Source of the DNA: Eledone cirrhosa
Lineage: Eukaryota
Reading direction: 5' to 3'
Assembly (NCBI GenBank): GCA_964016885.1
Contig: OZ024740.1
Span: forward strand, 422,654,001-422,718,000
Length of the DNA: 64,000 nt
Part shown: positions 1 through 13,132 of the stretch, in pieces
Position numbering within the stretch: the stretch's first letter is position 1
Layout of the letters: each line of letters opens with the position of its first letter
Program-made: the position numbers and the translations under genes
Notes under the pieces: model-generated
Seen by the model: only the letters and a program-made list of their open reading frames with translations
Database searches by the model: none
Told to the model about the DNA's origin: nothing

Positions 1-321
1 TATGGTGAGCTGAGAAACGGTCTATATTGACTGCTATTTCTAGTGGCAGTTTGGACTCGTCACGTTTGTCTGTTTATACGAATATTTACTTAATTGATAG
101 ATTTACGCATGCGAGCAGGATTAATTTCTTACACCACGCAGGTTCAATGAAGAATGAACATAATTCTATTAATCGGTATATATTATATAAGATGTTATAT
201 ATATATAGTGAAAGAATGAAGAGTAACATGGTTGGCTGTACAATAAGGGGCTTTATATCCACGACGCAGAGTACTCAAAACCTCTAACTGGATTACCTAT
301 AACTTGTTACCCTATATATAT

Positions 322-1020
322 AGTAATAATAATAAATTTGAAGACTAAAATCCAAAGAGGGCTCGATAAGGATAAATATATATCAAATATATAAGAAACA
401 TAGAGCAAATATTTATTAAAATAACAGATTAAAGTTTAAGCAAAGAATCGCTGCTTTCACCCTTAACGGGATCTTCTGAAACTAACAAAGTCAATCTATG
501 AACGCAGAAGTGAATATTTCAAAAAACGTTGCAACCGGAGGAAGACAGGAAGACGATACTTTGGTTCGTGGAAACGTTCCCTGGCAAAGAACGGGGAAAA
601 ACGAATATAATACGTCATTATTTGGAGCGGTGAAAAACAATTACACGCAAATATATAAATTGGTGTCCGTATGCGGTAGGCCGTATGAGCACTCGATGCC
701 CTCGTAGAGCAGAGTATGATATCACGGAAAAAATAGACTCAGTGTTGCGACGAAAGGAATTTATTGGACATATTACAATTGTTTCTCGGGAGACCAGCTC
801 GAGGCACGATCGATATGGTGATCAAACCTGACTCTGAAATCGCGCGATCCTCGGATACGTCTCGATTCTACGAAGCAGATTTTCCAATAGGAAAATCTGC
901 TTCGTAGAATCGAGACGTATCCGATGGTGGGGCGATTGTGCTGATAATAGCAATGAAGGGGAACAATTTGATTAAAATGAAACATACTTATCCAAGTACC
1001 CTGGGCAATGTAGCTTCAGA
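322..1020 (-). mobile_element. Penelope-like (PLE-type) non-coding element, family G, with variant hammerhead at 433-483
   Basis: Bounded by (TA)n. Minus strand reads AGTTT-CAGAAGA-tCCCgttaaGGGt-GAA-AGCA..TGCT-T-AAACT (HHR fold, CAGAAGA core variant). The terminal ~160 bp recurs at 19801-19966, 41045-41250, 54556-54677 and 60803-60893. Confidence 0.6.
851..924. repeat. Perfect 35-bp inverted repeat with 4-nt loop
   Basis: 851-885 TCGGATACG...GATTTTCC is the exact reverse complement of 890-924; loop AATA. Confidence 0.95.
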
Positions 1021-1485
1021 ATATATATGGTTAAGGGGTCTATCTCCCAAACCATAGGAGTAGTTCGTGAACAAACAGACAGGAAGTACAACTTTATATA
1101 TATACCATACACACATGTGTATAAGTTATGAAGTGTATATTTACCTGAGATTTAGATAATTCTTAGCTTGTCACCGTCTCCTCTTCCACTTTCTTCCCTA
1201 ATAATCCTTGCTCTTCTCATTTATGGCATTTACAGACCTTTCATATACACACACATCTGCCCTTTATTCCTTCCCTCCTCTTTTCGTTATTTATATAATT
1301 AATTATGAAAACTTAATAAATATTATAATTTAAGTATCTTTTGAAAGCAATTATTAATTATTTGAGCTGATGTTGGGGAAGGTGGTGGTGGGGCAAGTTT
1401 GGGATTTTTAAGCCACTGTTGAGAATATTTAGAAGGTGGGATATACCACAGTTCCTTTGTGCTTATATATATATATATATATATA

Positions 1486-1683
1486 ACGAAGGAGGCGTGG
1501 TAAGGAACCAGATGGACCATAACGTACCAGAGTACTCAATACTTAGGGTAGTAGAGTGGGTAATAGGCAAATGTTTGACCTCGACGGCAGAGCTCAAGCC
1601 AGCTATTCGGCAGCTATTTCTGGACGTCCAGAAATAGACGTCGAAACGGCTTGACCTCTGCCGTCGAGGTCAAACATTTTCCT

Positions 1684-1684
<1 letters not shown>
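1486..1684 (-). mobile_element. PLE-type pseudo-LTR fragment, family H, fold-back arrangement
   Basis: Inverted arms ~1565-1684 centred on TGGACGTCCA. Carries an HHR 3' half GAA-ACGGC..GCCGT-C. Flanked by microsatellites; copies at 18425-18592 and 59912-60121. Confidence 0.65.
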
Positions 1685-1771
<87 letters not shown>

Positions 1772-2064
1772 GTATGTGTTCAATTATAGGGGATAGAATA
1801 CCACTAGGGTCAAAATCATATCTACGAACAGAATGAGTCTTTAACTCCGTTTTTAATTTGACGCATGTATGTATGTATGGTTTATCTAATGACAAAACAT
1901 CCATTGGGGCAATACAAGCTAGACCAACTTATATCAGAAAGTTTTCCTGGCAGCATCTACCTAACTGCTGTTTCTGGAATTAAGAAACTATTAGTTATCA
2001 CCAATAAATTTAGACAACCAATATTGGAAGAAGTTCCATCAGATGGATGATGTATATATATATA

Positions 2065-2262
2065 TAGAAAAGGCTTCTATATGACTAGAACTGTTTCATT
2101 CGGGAGAAATCATCAGGAAGCCATTTAGGAAGCCGGCTTCTTGATGATTTCTCCCGAATGAAACAGTTCTAGTCCTGTAGAAGCCTTTTCTATATTAAAT
2201 ATTTATACTCTGCTTTGTATTGAGTACCTTACTTACTGTGGTTACCCCCGATTGAACACGGG
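2065..2262 (+). mobile_element. PLE-type pseudo-LTR, family A, with inverted HHR pair (2072-2122 minus, 2135-2185 plus)
   Basis: GGCTTC-(C/T)TGATGA-tTTCtcccGAAt-GAA-ACAG..CTGT-A-GAAGCC. (TA)n on both sides; copies at 18078-18330, 20948-21105 and 60505-60710. Confidence 0.75.
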
Positions 2263-2297
2263 ATATATATATATATATATATAAATGTATGTATGTA

Positions 2298-2334
<37 letters not shown>

Positions 2335-4061
2335 GTGTGTGTATGTATGTATGTATATATGTGTGTATGTATGTATATATATATGTGTGTATGTATGTAT
2401 ATATATATATGTGTGTGTGTATGTATGTATATATATATATATATGTGTGTATGTATGTATATATATATATATATGTGTGTGTGTATGTATATGTGTGTGT
2501 GTGTATGTATGTATATATATATATATGTGTGTGTGTATGTATGTATATATATATATGTGTGTGTATGTATGTATATATATATATATGTGTGTGTGTATGT
2601 ATGTATATATATATATATATGTGTGTGTGTATGTATGTATATATATATATATATGTGTGTATGTATGTATGTATATATATATATATATATGTGTGTATGT
2701 ATGTATATATATATATATATGTGTGTATGTATGTATGTATATATATATATATATGTGTGTATGTATATATATATATATGTGTGTATGTATGTATATATAT
2801 ATATATGTGTGTATGTATGTATATATATATATATGTGTGTATGTATGTATATATATATATGTGTGTATGTATGTATATATATATATATATATGTGTGTAT
2901 GTATGTATATATATATATATATGTGTGTATGTATGTATATATATATATATATGTGTGTATGTATGTATATATATATATATATGTGTGTATGTATGTATAT
3001 ATATATATATGTGTGTATGTATGTATATATATATATATGTGTGTATGTATGTATATATATATATATGTGTATGTATGTATATATATATATATGTGTATGT
3101 ATGTATATATATATATATGTGTGTATGTATGTATATATATATGTGTGTATGTATGTATATATATATATGTGTATGTATGTATATATATATATGTGTATGT
3201 ATATATATATATATGTGTGTATGTATGTATATATATATATGTGTATGTGTATATATATATATGTGTGTATGTATGTATGTATATATATATATATATGTGT
3301 GTATGTATGTATATATATATATATGTGTGTATGTATGTATATATATATATATGTGTGTATGTATGTATATATATATATATATGTGTGTATGTATGTATAT
3401 ATATATATATGTGTGTATGTATGTATATATATATATATGTGTGTATGTATGTATATATATATATATGTGTGTATGTATGTATATATATATGTGTGTATGT
3501 ATGTATATATATATGTGTGTATGTATATATATATATATATGTGTGTATGTATGTATATATATATATATATGTGTGTATGTATGTATATATATATATATAT
3601 GTGTGTATGTATGTATATATATATATATATGTGTGTATGTATATATATATATATATGTGTGTATGTATATATATATATATATGTGTGTATGTATGTATAT
3701 ATATATATATATGTGTGTATGTATGTATATATATATATATGTGTGTATGTATGTATATATATATATATATGTGTGTATGTATGTATATATATGTGTATGT
3801 ATGTATATATATATATATGTGTGTATGTATGTATATATATATATATGTGTGTATGTATGTATATATATATATATGTGTATGTATGTATATATATATATAT
3901 GTGTGTGTATGTATGTATATATATATATGTGTGTATGTATGTATATATATGTGTGTATGTATGTGTATATATATGTGTGTATGTATGTATATATATGTGT
4001 GTATGTATATATATATGTATATATATATATATGTATGTATATATATATATATGTGTGTATG

Positions 4062-4116
<55 letters not shown>

Positions 4117-4192
4117 ATGTATATATATATATATATGTGTGTGTGTGTATGTATATATATATATATATAAATGTGCATGTATATATATATAT
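2263..4192. repeat. ~1.9-kb compound microsatellite of (TA)n/(TG)n/(TATG)n
   Basis: Direct reading; source of the 625-685 aa Y/I/H/T and C/V/M pseudo-ORFs. Confidence 0.98.
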
Positions 4193-4193
4193 A

Positions 4194-4395
4194 GGCGTGT
4201 GGCTGAGTGGTTAGAGAATTGGATTCGCAATCGTAAGGTTGTGAGTTCGATTCCTGGACCAGGCGATGCGTTATGTCCTTGAGCAAGACACTTTATTTCA
4301 CGTTGCTCCTTCTACCTGGAGTTGCGACCGAGAGATAGTATTAGCAATTGGAAAGACCAACGGAAACATTGTTTCCTCGGTTCGATTTGATGAAA
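4194..4395 (+). mobile_element. tRNA-derived SINE, family B (CORE-like central domain)
   Basis: A-box TGGCTGAGTGG, B-box GTTCGATTCC, then CCTTGAGCAAGACACTT. Tail matches 27545-27630 in reverse complement. Confidence 0.85.
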
Positions 4396-4409
4396 GTCGA
4401 TCGTTCCTT

Positions 4410-4429
4410 TATATATATAAATGCGTGTA

Positions 4430-4461
<32 letters not shown>

Positions 4462-4701
4462 AATGTGTGTATGTATATATATATAAATGTGTGTATGTAT
4501 ATATATATATATATGTATGTGTGTATATATATATATATGTATGTGTATGTATGTGTGTATATATATATATATATGTATGTGTATGTATGTGTGTATATAT
4601 ATATATATATATATGTGTGTGTATATATATATATATATATATGTATGTGTATATATATATAAATAAATGTGTGTATGTATGTGTATATATATAAATGTGT
4701 G

Positions 4702-4738
<37 letters not shown>

Positions 4739-4900
4739 GTGTGTATATATATATATGTGTGTATGTATATATATATGTGGGTGTGTATATATATATATGT
4801 GTGTATGTATATATATATGTGGGTGTGTATGTATATATGTATATATATATATATATATATGTGTGTATGTATGTATATACATAGGTGTGTGTATATGTTT
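4410..4900. repeat. Compound (TA)n/(TG)n microsatellite
   Basis: Direct reading. Confidence 0.95.
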
Positions 4901-5567
4901 TTAGATATATTATTGTAGGTTACATTGGCTTTAACTGAAGGGAGCTTGTTGGGAGTAAAATGCATTGTAGTATTTAATTTTGTTTACAGATTAAAATGCC
5001 TTGGAGGTTTATTGAAATGGACTCAAGGCAATCAATTATGCAATATTACTGTCTAGCTTTTTAGACTTTAAACTCTTCTAGTTCTACTATATTATAAATC
5101 TTTTTATATTTTATTTAGTCACTGGAGAGATGGAAATGATAATACTGGAATAAATATATTGTAGATAGTTAACACTCGTCGATGATCCATGTTCGAATGT
5201 TACCAAAAATGATTTTGTCTTTCATTCATCGTTCTTGTGTAATTCTGACAAGTCTCGTAAAGATGAACTGCAGATGATTCAATTTATTTTCTCTCTCCCT
5301 TAGAAATGTGTGACCTTGTGCCAAATTAATATAATAAAATATTAGTGATAATTATGTTTCCAGTGTTTCAATTCTTCAGATAATCAGAAATTATGACGTG
5401 CTTAAATATAAGTTTATTATTGTCAAAGACTGATGTTTACTATCCATTTAACTAGCTTCTCATATAAAACTGGGCTGGAATTTTATAGAATCTCTTCTTT
5501 AAGTGTCCATTTGAGATGTGTCAGTAATTTAAGATATTTTTATATGAATTGTTGAAGCAAGTCATTT

Positions 5568-5803
5568 TGCAGCTCCGATACTATGGGCATGTGGTTTGAA
5601 TGTCCCAGGAAAGACTCACTGGACAGATTTTACGGACAGGAGACCCCAAGCAAAATGGTTGGATAACATCCATGTGCTTGGGCTTGTCTCGTTTGGTGAT
5701 CCAGCAGGATCAGTTGGAGACAGTTGCTTCTGACAGGATCCGCTGGAAGGAGTGTTTGAGGACTCTGCCACCACGACCCTCGCAGGAATAAGTGGGCGAA
5801 GAA
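5568..5803 (+). mobile_element. RTE-type LINE 3' fragment (degraded)
   Basis: Translates to GHVV..MSQERL..LETVASDRIRWKECL, typical of an RTE ORF C-terminus. Related copies at 16738, 34190 and 37435. Confidence 0.8.
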
Positions 5804-6189
5804 GTCATTTTACAACTGTATACCTTTTATACCACTAAATTATCAAATGAAAATGGCATCTAACCTAATTCTTCAGGGAAAGATAATGAAGTTAGTCTAA
5901 GAGCTACCACACATTTAGATCATTAGTCCAGCACATATAAATTCCGAATTACCGATTGAAAAATTCCTATTTTGGTATTTTCAGTATTTCCTGTGTAGCA
6001 GCTACGTCTAGTTCTTGTGTAATTCTGACAAGTCTCGTAAAGTGGAGATTTACTCAAGTCCGTTTCCTACACTTCCTGCTTCTTGTCATTTCATTGAACT
6101 CCTGCAACCAATATTCTCGTAAAAAACATGGACATCTTAAATCCAGATCTCTTTACTTTATTTGTGATGCTCTTACTGCTTCTGACTAT

Positions 6190-6330
6190 TATGGTGTGGT
6201 ATGGTATGATTCCGTAACTCCCGATAGAGTCGTAGGGTTGCTGCAGTGTCATACGGCGTTTGATGGGCGTTTTAAACCTGGCGAAGCCCATCTCCTCCCC
6301 AGGTCTGAATACACCAGATTTCTTCCAATG

Positions 6331-6387
<57 letters not shown>

Positions 6388-6561
6388 TGTGATAGAGGAA
6401 GAATTAACTCAGTATTAGACGTACTTTTTTTTAAATCCACCTCGAAAGGATGAAAGGCAAAGTTGACCTCAGCAGGATTTGAACTCAGAGAGAACAGAGC
6501 CAGAACGAATACCACAAAGTATTCGACCCGACGTTCTAATGACTCTGCAAATTCACCGCCT
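6190..6561 (-). mobile_element. tRNA-derived SINE, family A, long variant with internal (GA)n
   Basis: Reverse complement has GAGTTCAAATCC B-box and TTTGCCTTTCATCC domain; similar to 53235-53535 and 38284-38650. Confidence 0.75.
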
Positions 6562-7014
6562 TTAATTGGGATGCACTTCCGATTCTTGAATATTTCAACA
6601 ACCTCAACAAGAAGTCTCTTAGATAATCGATATCTTTGATTACCATGTTTTATTTCTACAATGACATAGATTAGTGACATTGACATTTCCTTCTTTATCA
6701 TTCCATTAGATTTCTATTTAGAATGTTAAGACATACCAGGGAAAACAAATGTTTCTCGCATCACTTTACCACTTACATTCATGTTTAAACACACACACAC
6801 ACACGCACACACACCTATATACTCATATACATATATGTATACACATACAGACACACATATATTTGTTTATGTGTTTGTTTTGCAAGAGATTTGATGTGAA
6901 ATCGTGTGTTGAACCCGATATTGTTATATTTGGGGATGGTCATGTCGCCAGTATTGCCAGTAAAAAGAAACACGCACCATATGGTTTTCAATTTATCTAT
7001 ATTACTAGATATTC

Positions 7015-7190
7015 GTGAAATCAGTCGGATGGAATTTGCAAACGACACGGTGTTACTTAACTCGACAGAAGATGAATGTTTGATGCAGAGTACTGCATAG
7101 CTGGAATGAAAATCAGTGCTGCGAAAGCTGAGACATTCGTCCTCTCAAGGAAGCCTGCGCAGTGCACGCTACATGTAGGAGATGATAGGC
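7015..7190 (+). mobile_element. LINE reverse-transcriptase relic (RTE-like)
   Basis: Degenerate EFANDTVLL (FADD motif) followed by GMKISAAK; interrupted by stops. Confidence 0.55.
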
Positions 7191-7398
7191 TGTCCTGGCA
7201 TTTGTTGTGCAGATTCGATTAAAGAACACCCATTGCTTTCTAGGAAGGTCAGAGCCGGTTTAGATGTGGGCTCCTGGATGAGGTCTTGGTTGGCAAATTT
7301 GGACTTATTCCATGATCTTCGCTACTCTTTCTTCAGATCTGTCTTTTTATTGGTAATACTGGTAACAGACTATCCCCAAATATAACAATATATATATA

Positions 7399-7604
7399 TC
7401 ATCATTACCACCGTTTTACGTCCGTTCTTCCACGCTAGCATGGGTTAGACGGGTTGTCTTTTGTGGGCAGTGTCCGGTCGGCTGATCTTGTCCTGCTCAT
7501 ACGGGAACTGATTCTGGCTTGATTTCTACAGCTGGATGCCCTTCCTAACACCAACCTCATTTACAGTGAGTGGTGGGTGCTTTTTTCCGTGGCGCCTACA
7601 CGTA
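7399..7604 (-). mobile_element. RTE-tailed short retroelement (CTGGATGCCCTTCCT family)
   Basis: Near-identical to 48087-48295. Diverged copies at 26925-27130, 57060-57260 and 59190-59400. Ends in a (GAT)n-like tail on the minus strand. Confidence 0.7.
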
Positions 7605-7639
<35 letters not shown>

Positions 7640-7641
<2 letters not shown>

Positions 7642-7890
7642 CACCTTGACCGACCAGTCTGTCGGGCGCCAATCGGCGCCGCTGGTCACAGCACGTCGTG
7701 CTGTTTTAGCCATAAGATAACGCCATCCCACTGACTAGGCGGGCAGACTGGTACTCATTTCTACAGCTGAGTAAACTGGAGCAACGTGAAATAAAGTGTC
7801 TTGTTCAAGGAAACAACACATCGCCCGGTCCGAGAATTGAACTCACAACCTTTTGATTGCAAGCCCAATGCTTTAACCACTAAGCCATGC
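7640..7890 (-). mobile_element. SINE family B copy
   Basis: GCAACGTGAAATAAAGTGTCTTG...GAACTCACAACC...AACCACTAAGCCA is the reverse complement of the 4194 copy. Further copies at 27540-27745, 35080-35222, 41298-41482 and 51005-51275. Confidence 0.85.
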
Positions 7891-7914
7891 AGATTTTGTG
7901 TTTGTGTGTGTATG

Positions 7915-7991
<77 letters not shown>

Positions 7992-8786
7992 ATATACACA
8001 TATATATATATATATGTTCTTTTTGGTAAATATCATCTTGGTTAAGAGAGTGGGACTGGCTTTGTGCAGTGCCTTTGCTCACTATAAAAGCTTCACGGCG
8101 CAGGCATTGCTTTATATTTGGAGATCTCTCTGCACTTGTCGTCACATGGTACCATGGGCCTAGCACTATGGGTCAATAATTGTCACAAGTGTAGTGTTTG
8201 TACCAGAGTTTTCAAGTCGCTGGCTGGACTAAAGTCACATTCGTTCAGCGCATCGGTAGGGGTTCTCCTACATGGATATAAAGTAGTGGCTGTACTCGAA
8301 AACGAGTTGGCAGCCACCATATATATATACACACAAACACAAAATCCTCATTTATGCTAATTTTCCCACCTGTCCCTTGATGGGAACCCTTGTCCCGTCC
8401 TCAACCAACGATTATCATCAATACGCATCACATATTCATACTTTCACAATCTTCTTTCCAACACATATCTGGTTCCTCTTATGAAAATGATTTATGTCCA
8501 TCTTTGTATGTACAGGACACGTTCGGTCACACATGAGCTTATTTAGGCTGGTCGAGCACTCTAAAGACACAGGAAGTGCATACCATTAGAAATATGGTAA
8601 CAAAAGGATTAAATTTACCGTCTTTCCACAGCTTGAATAAAATCATTAAATTCTTTAAATGGTGTGCCAAGACCTCATAATCTGAGTAGCTTCATGCACG
8701 TCATAGTTTTTGTATGTTTGGCAATACGCCCTCTTTTAACATAAATATTTATCATTTAATTACGTTGCCAACCAATACACATTGTG

Positions 8787-8829
<43 letters not shown>

Positions 8830-9988
8830 CGCGTGCGTGCGTGCGTGCGTGTGTGTGTGTGTGTATGTGTGCGCGCGCGCACACAGTACCCGTAAAAAAT
8901 GACGGGGTTTATAGTAAAAAATATTTAATCTAATAATTCCTTAATTACAACATTCTATATAAAGATGCTCGAATCCTTCACCTACTGCCTCTTGTAACTC
9001 CGGCCATCGCCGTATGTTATTTTATATTCATTTAAGTCAATTACAAACATTTTCTTCTATATTTTCTTTAATCATCATCAAACATATATATCTACTAAAA
9101 AAAGATGACTATGTTGTACTTATATATCTGTTTATTCATCTATCTTCCTTTCTATTGATCTAATTTCAGACTATTATTGGGAATTAGGCATTGTACTTTT
9201 GTGTTTTATAATAAAGATATATTCATATATTCCTTTACAGATTGAAGTCATTAGACTGCAGTCATGCCTTGAAGGGATTTAGTCAATCACATCGACCCCC
9301 AGTACTTGTTTTATCAACACTCTACTTGTCGAACATAAATATACATACATAGGTACACACACACATACATGGTTATAAGGTAGGACTTAAACCATAGAAC
9401 TCAATGTACTCTTGATATGAATACCTTGTGTGTGTGTGTGTGTTTTCATGTCGGCTTTTCTATGGTGGTATGAGTTGGACACGATTTTTTGAGGCAATAT
9501 TTTATGGGCGGAAGCCCTTTCTATTACTAACTCTTTTAGTAGCTTTTTACGACACGCAGGGATACTGTGTATCTATTCTAAATCACCCCCCCCTCTTTTC
9601 TGGTTCTTATATATAAATAAATAATTAGGTTTTAGTTGATTGCCTTCATCTCTCATATTTTAATCAACACATTCGAAAACTGTTTTACAATTTAATTTAT
9701 TTATTAGATATCTATCAGCAAGAAAATTGAAAGTAAATCTAATTTATCGCGAATATTATTTTTTTTATTTGATAAAATATTTGATTAAATTCCCATAATC
9801 TTTTATTATGTTTCTTCAAGTAGAAAGATCGTGACTCCGTGAAAACCAGCACCGTTGAATGAGTTTAACATTCTTTTCTTCATATTTTACTGACAGATTA
9901 TTTCTATATTGTATGTTATATTAGAAATAGTATCGTTAGTAACAGGTTTTCAGTGGTCAGATTATTGTCTCGTATTTCAGGTAACTAG

Positions 9989-10490
9989 TGTGACAAGGAC
10001 GACGTCTCTCGGTGATATGTATTTGTGAAAGACAATATACTTTTATTTCGTAGTAGAAGCTATATAAACATACAGAGAGAGCAGTATTGGAAAGGACTAT
10101 AAATGCCATAAATGAGAGGAAATGGTGAGGAAGAGCAAGGATTACAAGACAAAGGAAGAAAGAGGTCAGAGCCGTGTTTCAGCTGCACCCCACGGACAAA
10201 ATGGCCAGCGACACTCGCTGCAACAGTCACCCCACCTCGCGGGGCTCCTTCTTCTGACGGGCTGCTATCGATCCGAGTTTATGGAGGAGTTCAGCTGTCC
10301 GGGGTTCGACAACGACTTAGCAAGCTCCAGTATTTGCCTCTGTCCTCCGCGTTGCACTACAAATTGACAAAACAGTCTTCTGTAAAGCAATATGTCTAGT
10401 ACTGACAATAAATTGTACCTTTCCATGGCACCTATCCATTGTTGGGTATTGAGTTGGTCAACGAAAACCCGTCCAATATTTGGTAGCAGG
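9989..10490 (+). mobile_element. Probable LTR of a Gypsy/BEL-type retrotransposon with PBS remnant
   Basis: Starts TGTGAC; TATATAAA at 10061; AATAAA at 10407; PBS-like TGGTAGCAG at 10481. GC-richer than the flanks. The canonical terminal CA is not clear. Confidence 0.5.
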
Positions 10491-10997
10491 GAAGACGGAC
10501 GTTAAATGATGAGACATTGATATGTTATGAACTATCAATAGTTTAACTAGCAAGTTATTGTTGTTTATTCGCAGATCTACTCTAACCCAACAGACCTATT
10601 ATATAATCGAAAGTGTTTCTGCCATGACCATCCGGTTGACTTTTCATACATTACATTGTATGGAATAACAATATTTAATGTAACCCTCTCTTTTATGTGG
10701 GTAGGGTGTATTTTGGGGGCAGTGGCGGGGGTGGGTGTGCGGGAAATTCCGGCTTCTATTTTTAGAAGGTTTGAATGACCACCTAATGTCAGAATTGTGT
10801 CAACTAAGTCCTGTGTCATGTGTTCACCCAGCTATGTCCTGTGTCATCTTACTTTTATTCACATTACAACGTTTAATAAGAAATATGATAGCACTCAATG
10901 CTGCTTAAAACGATACAGTTCAGCCATGAAATGGTTATTTAAACGTACCTACAGAGTAATATATTAGATCCAAGATATACCACATTATTATATGTTG

Positions 10998-11185
10998 GGC
11001 GGTGAATTGGCAGTATCGGTAGAGGGTTGGACGCCATGTTTTCTAGCATAGTTACGGCCCTTGTCATTCTGAGTTCAAATCCCGCCGAGGTTAACTTTGC
11101 CTTTCATCCTTACGGGGTCGATAAAATAAAGTACCAGTAATGTACTGGGTAATTGCTGGCCTTGTGGCAAAAGTAGAAACAATTA
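10998..11185 (+). mobile_element. SINE family A (tRNA head, Nin/Deu-like domain)
   Basis: TGGCAGTATCGG A-box, GAGTTCAAATCC B-box, TTTGCCTTTCATCCTTACGGGGTCGATAAAATAAAGTACC, tail GTAGAAACAATT. Confidence 0.9.
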
Positions 11186-11189
11186 TTTT

Positions 11190-11590
11190 AATATGTTAGA
11201 TCCAAGATATACCACATTATTAATATATTAGATCCAAGATATACCACATTATTAATATATTAGATCCAAGATATACCACATTATGATAATATATTAGATC
11301 CAAGATATACCACATTATAATATATTAGATCCAAGATATACCACATTATGATAATATATTAGATCCAAGATATACCACATTATAATATATTAGATCCAAG
11401 ATATACCACATTATAATATATTAGATCCAAGATATACCACATTATAATATATTAGATCCAAGATATACCACATTATGATAATATATTAGATCCAAGATAT
11501 ACCACATTATAATATATTAGATCCAAGATATACCACATTATAATATATTAGATCCAAGATATACCATTTTATTAATATATTAGATCCAAA
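11190..11590. repeat. 31-34 bp minisatellite, about 12 copies
   Basis: Unit TAATATATTAGATCCAAGATATACCACATTA; single copies also at ~10958 and ~11780. Confidence 0.95.
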
Positions 11591-11591
11591 G

Positions 11592-11780
11592 GGGCGGTGG
11601 ATTGGCAGTATCGCTAGAGGGTCGGACACCATACTTTGACGCATAGTTACGGCCCTTGCCATTCTGAGTTCAAATCCCGCCGAGGTTAACTTTGCCGTTC
11701 ATCCTTACGGGGTCGTTAAAATAAAGTACCAGTAATGCACTGGGTTATTGCTGGCCTTGTGCCAAAAGTAGAAACAATTA
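11592..11780 (+). mobile_element. SINE family A copy
   Basis: Same motifs as 10998-11185. Confidence 0.9.
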
Positions 11781-12183
11781 TATATTAGATCCAAGATATA
11801 TCACATCATTATAACATATCACATTCAATATTTTTCTTTCGGTATATTTACAACAAAAGACTGTTGATATCTCTTCTGAGATGAAGAGAGACTGTTGATA
11901 TAGCTGTCTTTAGTAAGCTCTGTTGATAAAGCTGTCTTTAGTAAGCTCTGTTGATAAAGCTGTCTTAGTAAGCTCTGTAAGACTTTAAAGATGAACTAAA
12001 GAGGATAATGAAGAAAATAATTGCATGAAATATAATACTCATACATAATATATAATATATATATAATGTATATTATTCTTCAATGTACTGTGTCGTTTGC
12101 TTTGTTATTTCTATTTATTTTTTACACGCGCACGTACACATATATAGATATATATACAAAATGGATGTTAAACGGTGATGATG

Positions 12184-12234
<51 letters not shown>

Positions 12235-12419
12235 TACATAACTTCTTTCATCTTTCTCGGTGTTTGTAGTTTTTTTGTCCCTTTTGCACACTAATATTTA
12301 GTTAAGTTGCTACACAATGGCTACCACACTGTGATGTCACAACTGGTTACATCAATTCAGTGGCGTTGTACTCTTAACAGAAACACTCGCTCACTTAAAA
12401 ATTATACACACCCGCAGGG

Positions 12420-12762
<343 letters not shown>

Positions 12763-13132
12763 AGTGTTGATAACACCACATTGAGCTTTAATTTATCTTG
12801 TCAATTCGTAATAAAGTGGATCCCTCTACTTAGTGTTTGTTTATACACACGCACACACACACACACGCGCGCGAATTCCCTGCGCTGCAGAATTGATCTG
12901 TTCATAATAATCTGGTTGTAACGTGAAATTCCCTGCCGTGAACATTTTTTTCACATTGACTTTCATGTTATAAATTGAGAGGGGCTCTAACACAACATTG
13001 TGTGTGTGCGTCTGTGATAAATAAGAGATGTTAAATGAGAAATACATTGGCGAATAAAATAGAATAACCTTATTGTGAAAACGGTAATTCTCTATGTAAA
13101 AGATGTTCACTGCTGTGTGAGGGTCGGTATGC

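Noticed and set aside
4194-4270. tRNA-like gene with A and B boxes
   Set aside because: Continues into a SINE body and recurs many times; it is a SINE head.
2229-4286. 625-685 aa ORFs on both strands
   Set aside because: Translations of TA/TG/TATG microsatellite, which lacks stop codons; not genes.
10112-10399. GC-richer ORFs of 81-95 aa
   Set aside because: No recognisable domain; they lie within the LTR-like segment.
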